Positions 33,455 through 34,758 of a stretch of 34,758 nt of DNA are shown piece after piece. This DNA is from a virus (lineage: Duplodnaviria; Caudoviricetes), in IMG/VR virus record IMGVR_UViG_3300027751_000967, positions 1 through 34,758 of that record; one strand, written 5' to 3'. Numbering within the stretch: the first letter of the stretch is position 1; every line of letters starts with the position of its first letter. Below the pieces are notes generated by a model. That model worked only from the letters and a program-made list of their open reading frames with translations. It was not told where the DNA came from and searched no databases. The position numbers and the translations under genes were made by a program.

Positions 33455-33658
33455 GTGGAGAAAAAAGTGAGTAATATAATTGAATTCCCGATGGACAGGG
33501 TCCGAATTAGCCCAGATGCGGCTGACTATTTTATAGATAGTGTTCGAGTACAGCTAAATCAGCAAGAATGTGATTTAGAAGCGATGAGTTTAGATCTCTT
33601 AGAACAAGCTAGAGCAATTGAAGCTCAAAGCGAAAGACTCTTAGAGATGTTTGATTAG
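33455..33658 (+). CDS. Hypothetical protein (start possibly GTG 33467)
   Basis: SNIIEFP; GGAG upstream of the second GTG. Confidence 0.6.
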   Translation: MEKKVSNIIEFPMDRVRISPDAADYFIDSVRVQLNQQECDLEAMSLDLLEQARAIEAQSERLLEMFD

Positions 33659-33670
33659 AGGAGTTCTACA

Positions 33671-33946
33671 ATGCACGGCAAGAATTGTCCAAGTTGTAAT
33701 ACTGATTGGGAAGAAGAAGAAACAATCACACAGTACTTCGAGAGTCAAGGTTACTCTCACAAGAAGGCAGTACAAACCGCAGCGATGTATGGATGTACTC
33801 CTAAGTCACCAAAACATTTTGGCAAGGACGTAAGAGGTATAGAAATACAAGGACATTACGATGGCATATTATATTGGGAATGCCTAGTATGTAATGTTAT
33901 GTTCGATCGTTTTACAATGGAAGTTGTAGAACCTTTTAAAAGTTAA
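33671..33946 (+). CDS. Zinc-ribbon protein
   Basis: CPSC...CLVC; SD GAGGAG. Confidence 0.7.
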   Translation: MHGKNCPSCNTDWEEEETITQYFESQGYSHKKAVQTAAMYGCTPKSPKHFGKDVRGIEIQGHYDGILYWECLVCNVMFDRFTMEVVEPFKS

Positions 33947-34041
33947 TGCAAGGAAGATGTTCGGCGTATCAAGTGGTACGCTCTGCAATTAGTGGGTAGG
34001 AAGCCACCCTCGGAAGTACTTAGTAATAAGGACAGAAGGCT

Positions 34042-34227
34042 ATGAAGTATATACTATTCGTATTAACCTTTTTTGTAATGGGCTGTAGTTCAGTCGGCAG
34101 TGTTGTTGATGGAACTACTGGTATTGTGAGCGGTGTAATCAAAGACGTATCTGATGTAACAACATATACTCTTGATGCAGCTAGCGGAGCCGTTAAGGCT
34201 GCCACCCCAGGTTCAGAAACTAAGTAA
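34042..34227 (+). CDS. Small lipoprotein (entericidin-like architecture)
   Basis: Signal peptide MKYILFVLTFFVMG-C followed by an amphipathic helix. Confidence 0.7.
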   Translation: MKYILFVLTFFVMGCSSVGSVVDGTTGIVSGVIKDVSDVTTYTLDAASGAVKAATPGSETK

Positions 34228-34271
34228 TAGGAGTTAGCTAGCCAAGGATGGCACTTATTTAGGATTATATT

Positions 34272-34601
34272 ATGAACGAATACAGCCCAGACAATTGGGT
34301 AGTCTTAAAGATCAAGCCAGGCAAAGGGATGTTCCCTATCTATAAAGTATTGGCAGGATGGAATGGAAGTTATACAGAAGGTAGCTCTTGGAGGATTAAT
34401 AGTGGTATTACTCTCGTGTTTGATCGTGAAGACGAAATTCATTTCCATGGTGAAAGTGGGTCAATCTACAGATGTCCCAAAGGAGCTTACGGACTAAAAA
34501 TTAACAATGTGCGAGTCTATAACCAGCTGATTGACAATCAACAGTTCAAAGGACAAGTACAGATGATGGATGAAGATACAGATTGGAGTAAACTAGCGTG
34601 A
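34272..34601 (+). CDS. Hypothetical phage protein
   Basis: YSPDNWVVLKI...YKVLAGW...SWRINSGI...GESGSIYRC; SD AGGA. Confidence 0.75.
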   Translation: MNEYSPDNWVVLKIKPGKGMFPIYKVLAGWNGSYTEGSSWRINSGITLVFDREDEIHFHGESGSIYRCPKGAYGLKINNVRVYNQLIDNQQFKGQVQMMDEDTDWSKLA

Positions 34602-34758
34602 CTAACAACGAGTTTTTTGAACGAACATCAATGAATAGTATTAATAGGCTTGAAGTTATAGATAAAACTGGTCGCGCCTATACTCACTACTTTAGTGGTA
34701 ACGAAAAAGTACGTTATAGTTTACAAGATAATAATCGTACACTTAAAATATTCATTGA
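34598..34758 (+). CDS. Partial hypothetical protein running off the window
   Basis: GTGA overlap with the upstream stop; ...RLEVIDKTGRAY...SLQDNNRTLKIFI. Confidence 0.6.
   Translation, partial: MTNNEFFERTSMNSINRLEVIDKTGRAYTHYFSGNEKVRYSLQDNNRTLKIFI

Overview
A 34.8-kb, AT-rich segment of a T4-like (Tevenvirinae/Kyanoviridae-like) myovirus genome, probably marine given hsp20, peroxiredoxin, peptide deformylase, thyX and cysC-like genes. All family calls come from motifs and remembered sequences, not from database searches. The minus strand (about 147-29835) carries the replication, recombination and late-transcription core: regA, g62, g44, g45, dexA, dsbA, g43, g46, g47, g55, uvsW, uvsY, g3, g52 and g39+60. 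The plus strand from about 30000 carries thyX, small early ORFs, a tRNA-Arg(UCU) and a lipoprotein. The most notable element lies between g45 and g43 (5204-12635) and looks like a cytosine hypermodification island. It contains a T4 gp42-like dCMP hydroxymethylase, dCMP deaminase, three different glycosyltransferases, two MazG-fold nucleotide pyrophosphatase-like proteins, and a C5-cytosine-methyltransferase homolog with intact catalytic motifs but apparently remodelled SAM-binding motifs. Other signals: at least 21 CGATCG sites (roughly 4 expected), an unannotated divergent RHH-regulator/25-aa peptide pair, a ROSE-like RNA thermometer before hsp20, about 16 repeated sigma70-type promoters (some flanking single-gene cassettes), and an orphan promoter pointing antisense into uvsW.
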